NCBI GenBank assembly: GCA_947628205.1
Contig: CANQYX010000001.1
Coordinates: 4,380 to 68,379 of the forward strand
Direction of reading: 5' to 3'
DNA: 64,000 bases
DNA from: an uncultured Clostridia bacterium
Lineage (GTDB): Bacteria; Bacillota; Clostridia; Christensenellales; UBA1242
Below, in pieces: positions 19,016 through 27,725 of the stretch. The notes below the pieces were generated by a model. That model did not search any database, was not told the DNA's origin, and worked only from the letters and a program-made list of their open reading frames with translations. The translations under genes and the position numbers were made by a program. How positions within the stretch are numbered: the first letter of the stretch is position 1; each line of letters begins with the position of its first letter.

Positions 19016-19900
19016 ATGAAATCAAGATTAGGCAGAGGCCTTGACAGTTTGTTTAGAACATTTGATGAAGAAGTAAAAACAGAAAAGAAACTAGAACCGG
19101 TAGAAAAGATCAAAGAAACATCGGGGGATGTACAGAAACTAAACATAAATAAAATTTATACCAACCCTAACCAGCCAAGAAAAAAATTTGACCAAGAAAG
19201 TTTAAACGAGTTGGCAGAAAGCATTAAACTACACGGGCTAATTCAGCCAATTATCGTTAACAAAACTGATAAGGGCTATATGATTATAGCCGGCGAGCGA
19301 AGATATAAAGCTTGCAAACAATGCGGTTTAACCGAGGTCGATGCAATTGTAAAGAATTATTCAAACAAACAAGTGGCTGAAATCTCTATTATAGAAAACT
19401 TGCAAAGGGAAGATCTAAATCCGGTAGAATTGGCTAAGGGAATAAAACAATTGATGGAAGAATTTGGCTTAACACAAGAAAAGGTGGCAGAACGATTAGG
19501 CAAATCTCGCCCAGCAATAGCAAATAGTTTAAGAATTTTAACTTTATATCCCGAAGTTTTAGATCTGGTAGAAAAGGGAAAAATATCGTTCGGGCATGCA
19601 AAAATATTAGCATCTGTATCCGATTATGCAACTCAATTGCTGTTAGCTAAGAAAATTGCTAAAGACAAATTGACTGTTAGAGATCTAGAAAAAGAAATAG
19701 AATCGCTTTCTGGGCATAAAAAGAAGAAAAAGGCAACCGCCTCAGCAAGTGAAGAATTAAAAGATTTTGTTAACAATCTACAAAGAAGATTGGGAACAAA
19801 GGTTTCGATTATTGGCAACGATAAAAAAGGAAGAATATATATTGACTATTATTCTCAGGACGATTTAGACAGAATTTACGATACATTTTTAAGAAAATAA
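19016..19900 (+). CDS. spo0J: chromosome partitioning protein ParB/Spo0J
   Basis: MKSRLGRGLDSLF..., IQPIIV, IIAGERRYKA, HTH region. The ATG at 19016 follows GGGAGG. Confidence 0.93.
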   Translation: MKSRLGRGLDSLFRTFDEEVKTEKKLEPVEKIKETSGDVQKLNINKIYTNPNQPRKKFDQESLNELAESIKLHGLIQPIIVNKTDKGYMIIAGERRYKACKQCGLTEVDAIVKNYSNKQVAEISIIENLQREDLNPVELAKGIKQLMEEFGLTQEKVAERLGKSRPAIANSLRILTLYPEVLDLVEKGKISFGHAKILASVSDYATQLLLAKKIAKDKLTVRDLEKEIESLSGHKKKKKATASASEELKDFVNNLQRRLGTKVSIIGNDKKGRIYIDYYSQDDLDRIYDTFLRK

Positions 19901-19948
19901 TTAAAAAAATAAAAAAACTGGCTAAAATGCCTGTTTTTTTTTAATTTT

Positions 19949-20878
19949 TTAGTTAAATTCTTTTAAGACCATCTTTTTTATATAGCCAAGCCCTTTATTG
20001 CAGATAAAAGCCGCCGCTCCTTTATGGCCACCTCCGCCATTTTTTAAAGCAAATTCTGCCACACTGTACTGATCCTTTGCTCGTAAACTAACATAATACG
20101 ATTTTTTTATCGGATAAACAAAACATACAATTGCATTATTTTCTATTGTGGCTAACCTATTAATAACATCGGAATAGTCGGCAGCCATTACATTTAAATT
20201 GTTTGCCTCCTTTTTAGAGATTGTTGACAACAACAACTTTCCATTATTGAATGATTCTAAATTGTCAATTGCCTTTGCCAGAATTTTCATAGAACCCAAA
20301 CTGCAAGAGAGATGTTTTTGACCAAGAACTCGTACATCAATATGTTTAGCTATGTATGAGGCAATTTCAAAAGTTTTTGAATCAAATTTGCCAACCGTAA
20401 AGTTGTTTGTGTCGGCAACAATGCCTTGATAAATTAATTCCAGCTCACGATTAGTAAAATTATATTTATAGTGTTTAAGTATATTAAAAACAATTTCACA
20501 ACTTGAACTTGTGGTTTCAACAAGGTTTACATCTCCCGAATAATCGTTAGTGGCATGGTGGTCTATTACAATTTTGGTTTTTGCGCCATCATAAATCGGT
20601 TTAAAAATGCCTAGGCGCATGCTATTTGGGCAATCAATCATTATGGCGGTTTCATACTGCTTTTTCTTAGGGTTCAGTTTAACCCCCTTAATCAATTCGG
20701 AATAACTTTTGGGCAGGGTTTCATACTCGGTGAACACATCTATATTTAAATTAAACCTATTTAATAGGAAACTAGCCAATACAGACACACTTGCCAGTGC
20801 ATCAATATCCGGTTTTAGATGAGTTATTATGCAAACGGACTTTGTTGCTGACAAAACATTTAAACAATCATATTTCAT
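19949..20878 (-). CDS. DHH/DHHA1 phosphoesterase (NrnA-like)
   Basis: HLKPDIDALAS, IDHHATN, GGGHKGAAAF. Confidence 0.8.
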   Translation of the reverse strand: MKYDCLNVLSATKSVCIITHLKPDIDALASVSVLASFLLNRFNLNIDVFTEYETLPKSYSELIKGVKLNPKKKQYETAIMIDCPNSMRLGIFKPIYDGAKTKIVIDHHATNDYSGDVNLVETTSSSCEIVFNILKHYKYNFTNRELELIYQGIVADTNNFTVGKFDSKTFEIASYIAKHIDVRVLGQKHLSCSLGSMKILAKAIDNLESFNNGKLLLSTISKKEANNLNVMAADYSDVINRLATIENNAIVCFVYPIKKSYYVSLRAKDQYSVAEFALKNGGGGHKGAAAFICNKGLGYIKKMVLKEFN

Positions 20879-21000
20879 GTTTACATTTTATCACAACCAA
20901 CCAAAAAAACAAACAAATTTGTTTTATTTGTTGTGCAAAACTCGTGAAAATGTTGAAAAACCCACCTTAAAATGCCGATATTCAAAAATTTTTCAAAAAG

Positions 21001-21064
21001 TTATCCACATTTGGTGGAAAACCTGTGGATAACTCACCCAGTTATCCACATTTGCTGTGGAAAA
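21001..21064. promoter_or_regulatory. DnaA-box cluster: three perfect and two near-perfect boxes
   Basis: TTATCCACA at 21001-21009 and 21042-21050; TGTGGATAA at 21024-21032; TGTGGAAAA at 21056-21064; tggtggaaaa at 21012-21021. Confidence 0.8.
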
Positions 21065-21200
21065 CGGATAATTTTACAGTTCTAACGCATTTTTTATTAA
21101 AAATTGTTAAAATCTTTAAAAATATTAACTTCAAAAGCAAATTTTAGCCAAACAATTAAATAAAATTCATTAATTGCCGCTTAACATCATAAATTTTTAT

Positions 21201-21878
21201 ATGATTAAAATATTTAAACCTAAACTAGCTTTTGTTATTTTGCTATCTGCTGTTTTATTGCTTTCCTGCTTATATGCAAACATTGTGTCTGTTCAAATTT
21301 CTAAATTTAATGGTACAACTATTGTTTTAGATGCCGGACATGGCGGCCGAGATGGTGGAAGCGTGGGCGATAACGGAACAATTGAAAAGACAATTAATTT
21401 AGAATACACCTTAGCCCTTAAAGAAAAATTGGTAAAGGCGGGCTACAAGGTGGAGCTTACGCGAAAAACTGACGATGGCTTATATTCAAACGCCGCGCCA
21501 AACAAAAAACAAAGCGACATGAACGCGCGCTTTAAAATTATTGAAAAAACCAACCCAAATTTGATTGTTTCAATTCACATGAATAGTTTTCGCGACCATT
21601 CGGCACACGGGGCAACAACCTATTATAGAAAGGGGGACAAGGCAAGCATGACGGTTGCAAACCTTATTCAACAATCGCTTAACACCTATTGTGATGCACC
21701 TTCCAGCACCGCCAAAGTGGGCGATTATTACATTTTAAATTGTTCGTATTATAGTGCGGTTTTAATTGAATGCGGATTTCTTTCCAACGCGGAGGAGGAA
21801 AGCATGTTAAACAGCACAGAATATAAAAACAAAATTGTTGACGCAATTTTTTCTGCCATACTTTTATATTTTGGCTAA
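21201..21878 (+). CDS. N-acetylmuramoyl-L-alanine amidase (Amidase_3, CwlD-like)
   Basis: N-terminal TM, then IVLDAGHGGRDGGSVG...E...SIHMNS. Confidence 0.85.
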   Translation: MIKIFKPKLAFVILLSAVLLLSCLYANIVSVQISKFNGTTIVLDAGHGGRDGGSVGDNGTIEKTINLEYTLALKEKLVKAGYKVELTRKTDDGLYSNAAPNKKQSDMNARFKIIEKTNPNLIVSIHMNSFRDHSAHGATTYYRKGDKASMTVANLIQQSLNTYCDAPSSTAKVGDYYILNCSYYSAVLIECGFLSNAEEESMLNSTEYKNKIVDAIFSAILLYFG

Positions 21879-21884
21879 ATAAAT

Positions 21885-21916
21885 TTAAAAAAAATAGGCA
21901 ACTGCCTATTTTTTTA
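21885..21916. terminator. bidirectional hairpin terminator
   Basis: aataggca-ac-tgcctatt, flanked by A8 and T7. Confidence 0.6.
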
Positions 21917-23453
21917 TTGTTGAAGAGATGGTATCTAAAATGGTTAAACTTCCCGAATTTAAAATTGCGGTTAAACTATTTTTTCTTGTATAACTTGATG
22001 ACGGGTTGATATATTCATCGTCAATTGTTTTTAAACCATAGTTGCTGTCATTTATTCCATAAGTTGGCGACATCTGCGAAAAGTTTACATAAACTGCGCC
22101 ATAGCATTGCGCATTCAACATGAAATGCGCCCACCCTTCTGGCATAATGTCGTTTGTGAACTCTCTAACCTGCAAATATACCGAGCCACCTCGTTCCGCT
22201 TTTACAATATTGTCGCCCAAAACATTTTCCATATAAATATTTGCATGCCCCGAGCCAGTGATTAAAGCGTCTATATTTTCCACTCCATAACAAGAAATGT
22301 TTCCGCTGTTTGTTTTAACAATTGCGCGCCTGTTATCTTTATCGTCAATATAGCTATTTTTGGTGGTGTAGGTTTTGTTAATTACATCGTTTGTATTCTC
22401 GTCAAAATCAAAATTTATGTCTATATCTCCGCTGTCCGTTTCCGCATTAATAACTTTTACCGCTTTTTCAATTTTTATGTTTCCCGAACTTGTTGTGCAA
22501 GCAAGTTCAAATTCGCTTTTTTCAACCGTTATATTGCCCGATTTTGTATGAAGGTTAACCCTGCCCGCAATGTTGCCAATGTTAATTCTGCCCGTTTTGC
22601 CAATTTCAATTATGCCCGAATCCAAAGTGGTTATGCGCACATTTGTATCCCCTGCAAGAAGGTTGGCATTTGCCACTTCGTTTATTGTTATGCTGCCGCC
22701 CGAATCTTCATTTTCGCCCGAAATTTGCTGGCATCTTCCAATTCTAACAACGCCGCTTGTGCTGGACAAAATGTTAACTTTTTTAAAATCTTTATCCGCA
22801 CAATTAAAACATCCGCTTGTCATTTTTAAATTTACATCATTTCTATAATAACCAGTGTCCACATCCTTGCCAATTGTGAAAGTTGACCTGCCCAAAGACA
22901 AATTCAACTGCCCGCCCACGTGGCCTTTGTTAAACTGGAAGTCCCCCGAGCGAGTGGAATAGGATAAATTTTGCACTGATAAATCCGCATCAAAAACTGT
23001 TTTTGCGCCCGTGTTAGAAAGAATTAAATTTACACCATCATAAATGTCTGGCAAATAAAGCTCAACAAACGACCTTCCTGTTGCGGCAAAGCCGTGCGGT
23101 TCGCTTATTGTGAATGTGTATGTGTTTTCATCAACCGATTCATCTAAACTAAAATTGGCACTCTGTTTTGTGGTAAAGCCAAACACCCCATTATGAACTT
23201 TTAAAGACAGCGAAGTTGACCCCGAACTATAAATTTTTACATCAAACCTGCCATTTGTTAGTTTAATGGTGGGCGAAACCTCTTTGTTTACCATATATTG
23301 TTTAGAGAAATAATCTTTATTATAACTTACATATTTGAAGTTAAACAGTGGCGCGCCAACAAAAAACATATATAAAATGCCTGCGCAGGCAAGCCCTAAC
23401 AGCAATAATATGGTTATTGTAAAGTATTTCCAAAAATTACTAAACTTTTTCAT
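21906..23453 (-). CDS. membrane-anchored beta-strand-repeat protein (DUF4097-like 'putative adhesin')
   Basis: N-terminal TM. Recurrent SG(N/D)I...(V/I) strand motifs (SGNITVE, SGNIKIE, SGDIDIN, SGNISCY). Confidence 0.5.
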   Translation of the reverse strand: MKKFSNFWKYFTITILLLLGLACAGILYMFFVGAPLFNFKYVSYNKDYFSKQYMVNKEVSPTIKLTNGRFDVKIYSSGSTSLSLKVHNGVFGFTTKQSANFSLDESVDENTYTFTISEPHGFAATGRSFVELYLPDIYDGVNLILSNTGAKTVFDADLSVQNLSYSTRSGDFQFNKGHVGGQLNLSLGRSTFTIGKDVDTGYYRNDVNLKMTSGCFNCADKDFKKVNILSSTSGVVRIGRCQQISGENEDSGGSITINEVANANLLAGDTNVRITTLDSGIIEIGKTGRINIGNIAGRVNLHTKSGNITVEKSEFELACTTSSGNIKIEKAVKVINAETDSGDIDINFDFDENTNDVINKTYTTKNSYIDDKDNRRAIVKTNSGNISCYGVENIDALITGSGHANIYMENVLGDNIVKAERGGSVYLQVREFTNDIMPEGWAHFMLNAQCYGAVYVNFSQMSPTYGINDSNYGLKTIDDEYINPSSSYTRKNSLTAILNSGSLTILDTISSTIKK

Positions 23454-23605
23454 GCTAATATTTTAAATTATTGTTAGTTATTTGTCAATTGTTTTAAAAA
23501 ATAATTACGCTTTCACTCTATTTTTATATAAAAATATATATTTATAAATTTATAAAGAATTAAAAATAATTGTAAAATGTAATTTTTTTTGTTATAATAA
23601 TTTGC

Positions 23606-24277
23606 ATGATTATCAATATTGAAGGAACGGATGGCTCAGGCAAAGCAACGCAAACAAAATTGCTTTTTGATTATCTAACTAAAATGGGATACAGAGTTAA
23701 AACTTTAAGTTTCCCCAACTACGATAACCGCGGTTGCGAGCCAGTAAAAATGTATTTGGCAGGAGATTTGGGCGGAATTGAAAAATTGACCGCAATTCAA
23801 GTTAACGCGCTTTTTGCAGTGGATAGATTAACCACAATGGCAAATCAAGATTTTTCTAACTATGATTTCGTACTTTTGGATAGATACACCACAAGCAGCA
23901 TGATTCATCAATCGGCACTAACAAAAAGCAAAGCTGAACTTGATGCATTTTTAAATTATGTTGAAGATTTTGAATTTAATCAGTTAAAACTGCCAAAACC
24001 CGACCTTATAATATTCCTTGATGTGCCAGTTGAAATAAGTTTTAACTTGGCGCACAATAGGGCAGAATTAAAGGATAAATCTAATACAAAACAAGATATT
24101 TACGAAAGCAATTTCAATCACTTAAAAACCGCTTACGAGCGCGCAAAATATATTGCAAAAAAATTTAACTGGGCAAGCATAGATTGTTCGCAAGACGGGA
24201 AAATTAAATCGATTGAACAAGTTCACAATTTAATTTTAAACTGCTTGAAAGAACGTGGAGTTTTAAAAAACAATTAA
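23606..24277 (+). CDS. tmk: thymidylate kinase
   Basis: IINIEGTDGSGKATQ P-loop and DRY motif. Confidence 0.9.
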   Translation: MIINIEGTDGSGKATQTKLLFDYLTKMGYRVKTLSFPNYDNRGCEPVKMYLAGDLGGIEKLTAIQVNALFAVDRLTTMANQDFSNYDFVLLDRYTTSSMIHQSALTKSKAELDAFLNYVEDFEFNQLKLPKPDLIIFLDVPVEISFNLAHNRAELKDKSNTKQDIYESNFNHLKTAYERAKYIAKKFNWASIDCSQDGKIKSIEQVHNLILNCLKERGVLKNN

Positions 24278-24295
24278 AATACGGGAGTTTTGAAT

Positions 24296-26125
24296 ATGAA
24301 AATTACAAGTAAAGAATTAAGAAATAAATGGCTTAAATTTTATGAGGAGCACGGGCATGTAAATATAGGCGCAGTGTCGCTTATTGGCGATGGCGAAACG
24401 GGCGTTATGTTCAATGTTGCCGGCATGCAACCGCTTATGCCATATCTGCTTGGCAAGCCACACACAAAGGGCAAACGCCTGTGCAATGTTCAGGGTTGCA
24501 TGCGCACGGTGGATATTGACGAGGTAGGCGACCCAACCCATTTTACCTTTTTTGAAATGATGGGCAATTGGAGTTTGGGGGACTATTTTAAAAAGGAAAA
24601 AACCGCTTGGACGTTTGAACTTTTAACAAAAGTTTTTGGGCTAGATAAAGACAAAATTTGTTCAACTGTTTTTGCTGGGAACGAAAGCGCACCTCGCGAT
24701 GAAGAAACTGCAAAACTTTTAATGGATTTGGGAATAAAAAAAGAAAATATTTTCTATTTAGCGGACAATTGGTGGGAACTTGAAGGAACGGTTAACACCC
24801 CATGCGGGCCGGATAACGAGTGGTTCTATCCGCGCTGGGACAAACCTACGCACTCTGGTGTGTGCGATATAAATTGCAAGTGCGGCCGCTATGTTGAAAT
24901 TGGCAATGATGTGTATATGCAATATAAAAAACTTGCCGGCAACAAATATGTGCCACTAGAAAATAAAAATGTGGACACTGGCTTTGGCTTTGAGCGTATG
25001 CTAATGTTTTTAAATGGCGTAACAGATGGCTATAAAACCGATTTGTTTGCTAGCGTAATTTCATATATGGAAAAGGCACTGAATATTAAGTATGGCGCTA
25101 ATGAGGAGGAAACAAAATCCATGCGCATAATTGCCGACCATGTGCGCACTTCGGTTATGCTTATTGGTGACGAAAACGGCATTTTGCCATCCAACATAGG
25201 CGCAGGTTATGTTTTGCGCCGCATTATGCGCAGGGCAATTAGGCATGCAAAAAAAATAAATTTGCCAACCGACAATTTGCTTGAAATTGCAAAAATTTAC
25301 ATCAATGAAGTGTATGACGAAGCATATCCGCTATTAAAAGAAAAAGAAGATTACATTTTGGCAAGTATTAAAACGGAAATTGACAAATTTAACAAAACGC
25401 TTGAACTTGGCAACAAGGAGTTTGAAAAAGTGGTAGCAAGCATAGCGCGCAAAAATGCGTTTATGCGTTCTAACCCAGATTTTGTAGAGGACAACACCAT
25501 AAGCGGCAAAAGCGCGTTCAGGCTTTATGACACATTTGGTTTCCCTATTGAACTAACGCAAGAAATGGCAGCTGAACGTGGGCTTAATGTGGATTTAGAC
25601 GGATTTAACGAGGCATTTAAACAACATCAAGAACTGGCGCGAACAACAAATGCTGGCGTATTTAAAGGTGGCTTGGCAGATGATAGCGTTTGGACAACTC
25701 GCCTGCACACCGCTTGCCATTTGCTTTTGGCTGGGCTTAGAAAAATGTTCGGCACGGGCATAGAGCAAAAGGGCAGCAATATTACAAGCGAGCGCCTGCG
25801 TTTTGACTTTAATTTCGACCGCAAACTGACCGATGAAGAAGTTGCCACGCTTGAAAAGTTTGTAAACGACGCAATCAATCGCCACATTCCGGTTGAGCGC
25901 GTTGAAATGCCTTTTGGTAAGGCAAAGGCAGCAGGTGCTTATGGCATACACAAGGCAGATGAAAATGAAATTGTTTCAATCTATCGCATTGGCGATGTGG
26001 ACTTCCAAATTTGCGGTGGCCCACACGCGCAAAACACAAGCGAACTAGTTAATTTCCGCATTGCAAAACAAGAGGCAGTTTCGGCAGGAGTAAGGCGCAT
26101 TAAGGCAACAATTAACAACAAATAA
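24296..26125 (+). CDS. alaS: alanine--tRNA ligase, short form (catalytic + editing domains, no C-Ala domain)
   Basis: FNVAGMQ..., THFTFFEMMGNWSLGDYFK, DTGFGFERM; editing-domain HxxxH (TACHLL) and CGGPH near the C-terminus. Confidence 0.85.
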   Translation: MKITSKELRNKWLKFYEEHGHVNIGAVSLIGDGETGVMFNVAGMQPLMPYLLGKPHTKGKRLCNVQGCMRTVDIDEVGDPTHFTFFEMMGNWSLGDYFKKEKTAWTFELLTKVFGLDKDKICSTVFAGNESAPRDEETAKLLMDLGIKKENIFYLADNWWELEGTVNTPCGPDNEWFYPRWDKPTHSGVCDINCKCGRYVEIGNDVYMQYKKLAGNKYVPLENKNVDTGFGFERMLMFLNGVTDGYKTDLFASVISYMEKALNIKYGANEEETKSMRIIADHVRTSVMLIGDENGILPSNIGAGYVLRRIMRRAIRHAKKINLPTDNLLEIAKIYINEVYDEAYPLLKEKEDYILASIKTEIDKFNKTLELGNKEFEKVVASIARKNAFMRSNPDFVEDNTISGKSAFRLYDTFGFPIELTQEMAAERGLNVDLDGFNEAFKQHQELARTTNAGVFKGGLADDSVWTTRLHTACHLLLAGLRKMFGTGIEQKGSNITSERLRFDFNFDRKLTDEEVATLEKFVNDAINRHIPVERVEMPFGKAKAAGAYGIHKADENEIVSIYRIGDVDFQICGGPHAQNTSELVNFRIAKQEAVSAGVRRIKATINNK

Positions 26126-26157
26126 AAAACGGTGCATTTGCACCGCTTTTATTTTTT
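26125..26157. terminator. bidirectional hairpin terminator
   Basis: cggtgca-tt-tgcaccg with flanking A and T runs. Confidence 0.6.
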
Positions 26158-27000
26158 ATGCCTTGCGCCACATTCCGGACATTTATCCACATTGTTATTT
26201 ATGCGCGCACCACAATATTCGCAATAGGTTACATTTTCCTCGTTTTTGTTTTCGGTTTTGCTTGGCGCGGAATTAGAATTGTCCGCATAAGGTTTTGCAA
26301 ATTTTTTCTTTATAACCACGCTTAAAACAAGCAAAACAACAAACCCTGCAAAGCCAGAAACCATCATAATTATGCCGGTTGTTTTGTTAGATTTTGCCAA
26401 AATATAATCGCCATCACGGTTAATATCTAATGGCATTTCAACTGGCACGCTGTCTGTATCTTCATCAATTTCACTTAAAGGTTTTTCAAGTGCAATTTCA
26501 ATATCTTGCCCACGCATTGCATTTGCTTCCGCTTGGGTGTAAAGGTCGTAAGTCCAGCCCTTCAATTTTCTGTTTTGCGAAATTGGCACATAATACACCA
26601 AAAACCATTTTCCGCACGCCGAGTGATATTCAATATGGTCCACTGTAACCGACACAATATACGAACTGTTGCCCTGTTCGCGTTTATCCAAGGCAAAATC
26701 TTTTAATTGTTGATAATAAACATAATCTTTTTTGGCGCGCGAAATTTCACTGTTTCCGCTGGTAAAGAGGCTAATTCCAGCAAAGCCAACAAAAAGCAAA
26801 ACAACGCTTAAAATCAACGTTAAAACATAGCCAAAACCTGCGCCGCCACCCATCCTATAAGGGCGATTGTTAATTATAACAACACCTGGGCCATAAGGCC
26901 TAGCATGAAATCCGCCACCGCCGCCGCTGTGGCTAGAACCGCCAACACTTCCTCCGCTTGAATGGCTGCTTCCGCCACCAGCATGACTTCCACTTGGCAT
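26149..27000 (-). CDS. membrane protein with a Gly/Ser/His-rich N-terminus and a C-terminal zinc ribbon
   Basis: Strong RBS AAGGAGG, two TM helices, and C-terminal CEYCG...CPECG. Confidence 0.5.
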   Translation of the reverse strand: MPSGSHAGGGSSHSSGGSVGGSSHSGGGGGFHARPYGPGVVIINNRPYRMGGGAGFGYVLTLILSVVLLFVGFAGISLFTSGNSEISRAKKDYVYYQQLKDFALDKREQGNSSYIVSVTVDHIEYHSACGKWFLVYYVPISQNRKLKGWTYDLYTQAEANAMRGQDIEIALEKPLSEIDEDTDSVPVEMPLDINRDGDYILAKSNKTTGIIMMVSGFAGFVVLLVLSVVIKKKFAKPYADNSNSAPSKTENKNEENVTYCEYCGARINNNVDKCPECGARHKK

Positions 27001-27050
27001 ATTTACCCCTCCTTACTTTAACCTTTTAAATTATATCTAAAACAAATTTA

Positions 27051-27413
27051 CTAGTCAACTTTTTTGTTGTTGGCTTCCAATTCGTCAAGCAAATTTGAAA
27101 CAGTTTCCGCCATCTGTTTGCCAACACCCATATTAACCAAATAATCAATCCGTTTTTCAACTGGCATATTTTTTAATATGTGTTTTAAAATTTCGCCGCG
27201 CTCGTCAACACTCAACAAAATTTCGTGCGCGCCAATTTTGCCTTTCTTTTCTGCCTTTTTAATTTGTTTTTTGTTCATTTTTCCATTTATAACAAAATTG
27301 ATGTCCTCTTCCGACATATTTTCTTTTTTCAGCGCCTCAATTTGTTGCTCTTTCGTTTTTGTTTTAAACATTTTTAATGTTTCGTTAATAAGAATATCTA
27401 AATCGTTAACCAT
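27051..27413 (-). CDS. hypothetical protein
   Basis: ATG with RBS aaggtgg; charged 120-aa product. Confidence 0.45.
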   Translation of the reverse strand: MVNDLDILINETLKMFKTKTKEQQIEALKKENMSEEDINFVINGKMNKKQIKKAEKKGKIGAHEILLSVDERGEILKHILKNMPVEKRIDYLVNMGVGKQMAETVSNLLDELEANNKKVD

Positions 27414-27725
27414 AACCCACCTTTAAAATTTTATGCAAGCATTATATCATAAAATCAACAAAAAGTCAAAAAAATATGCCGGACGGCATATTTTTTGTTT
27501 ATTATTTAGCAAAATAGATTTATTCTTCAGCAGGAACGCATTTAGACAAATACCAGTTAAATCATTCAGTCCTGGTTTTAGTCTAACACCCACCCAATTT
27601 AAAGTCAACTGATTAATGGAACATTAAAAATTTTTAATTTATTTCCCCATAACAAAAATATTGTTTACAACATTTTAAATTTGTGTTATACTATTTTTAA
27701 GCATTTAAAATTAAAAGGATATATT

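Noticed and set aside
27480-27725. T-box or other riboswitch upstream of metG.
   Set aside because: I could not find the conserved T-box sequence, a specifier-loop context or an antiterminator/terminator pair. I saw only an isolated hairpin (atgccg-gac-ggcat at about 27477-27492) and a TTATACT -10-like box. Unaided reading is not sensitive, so a covariance-model scan is still worthwhile.
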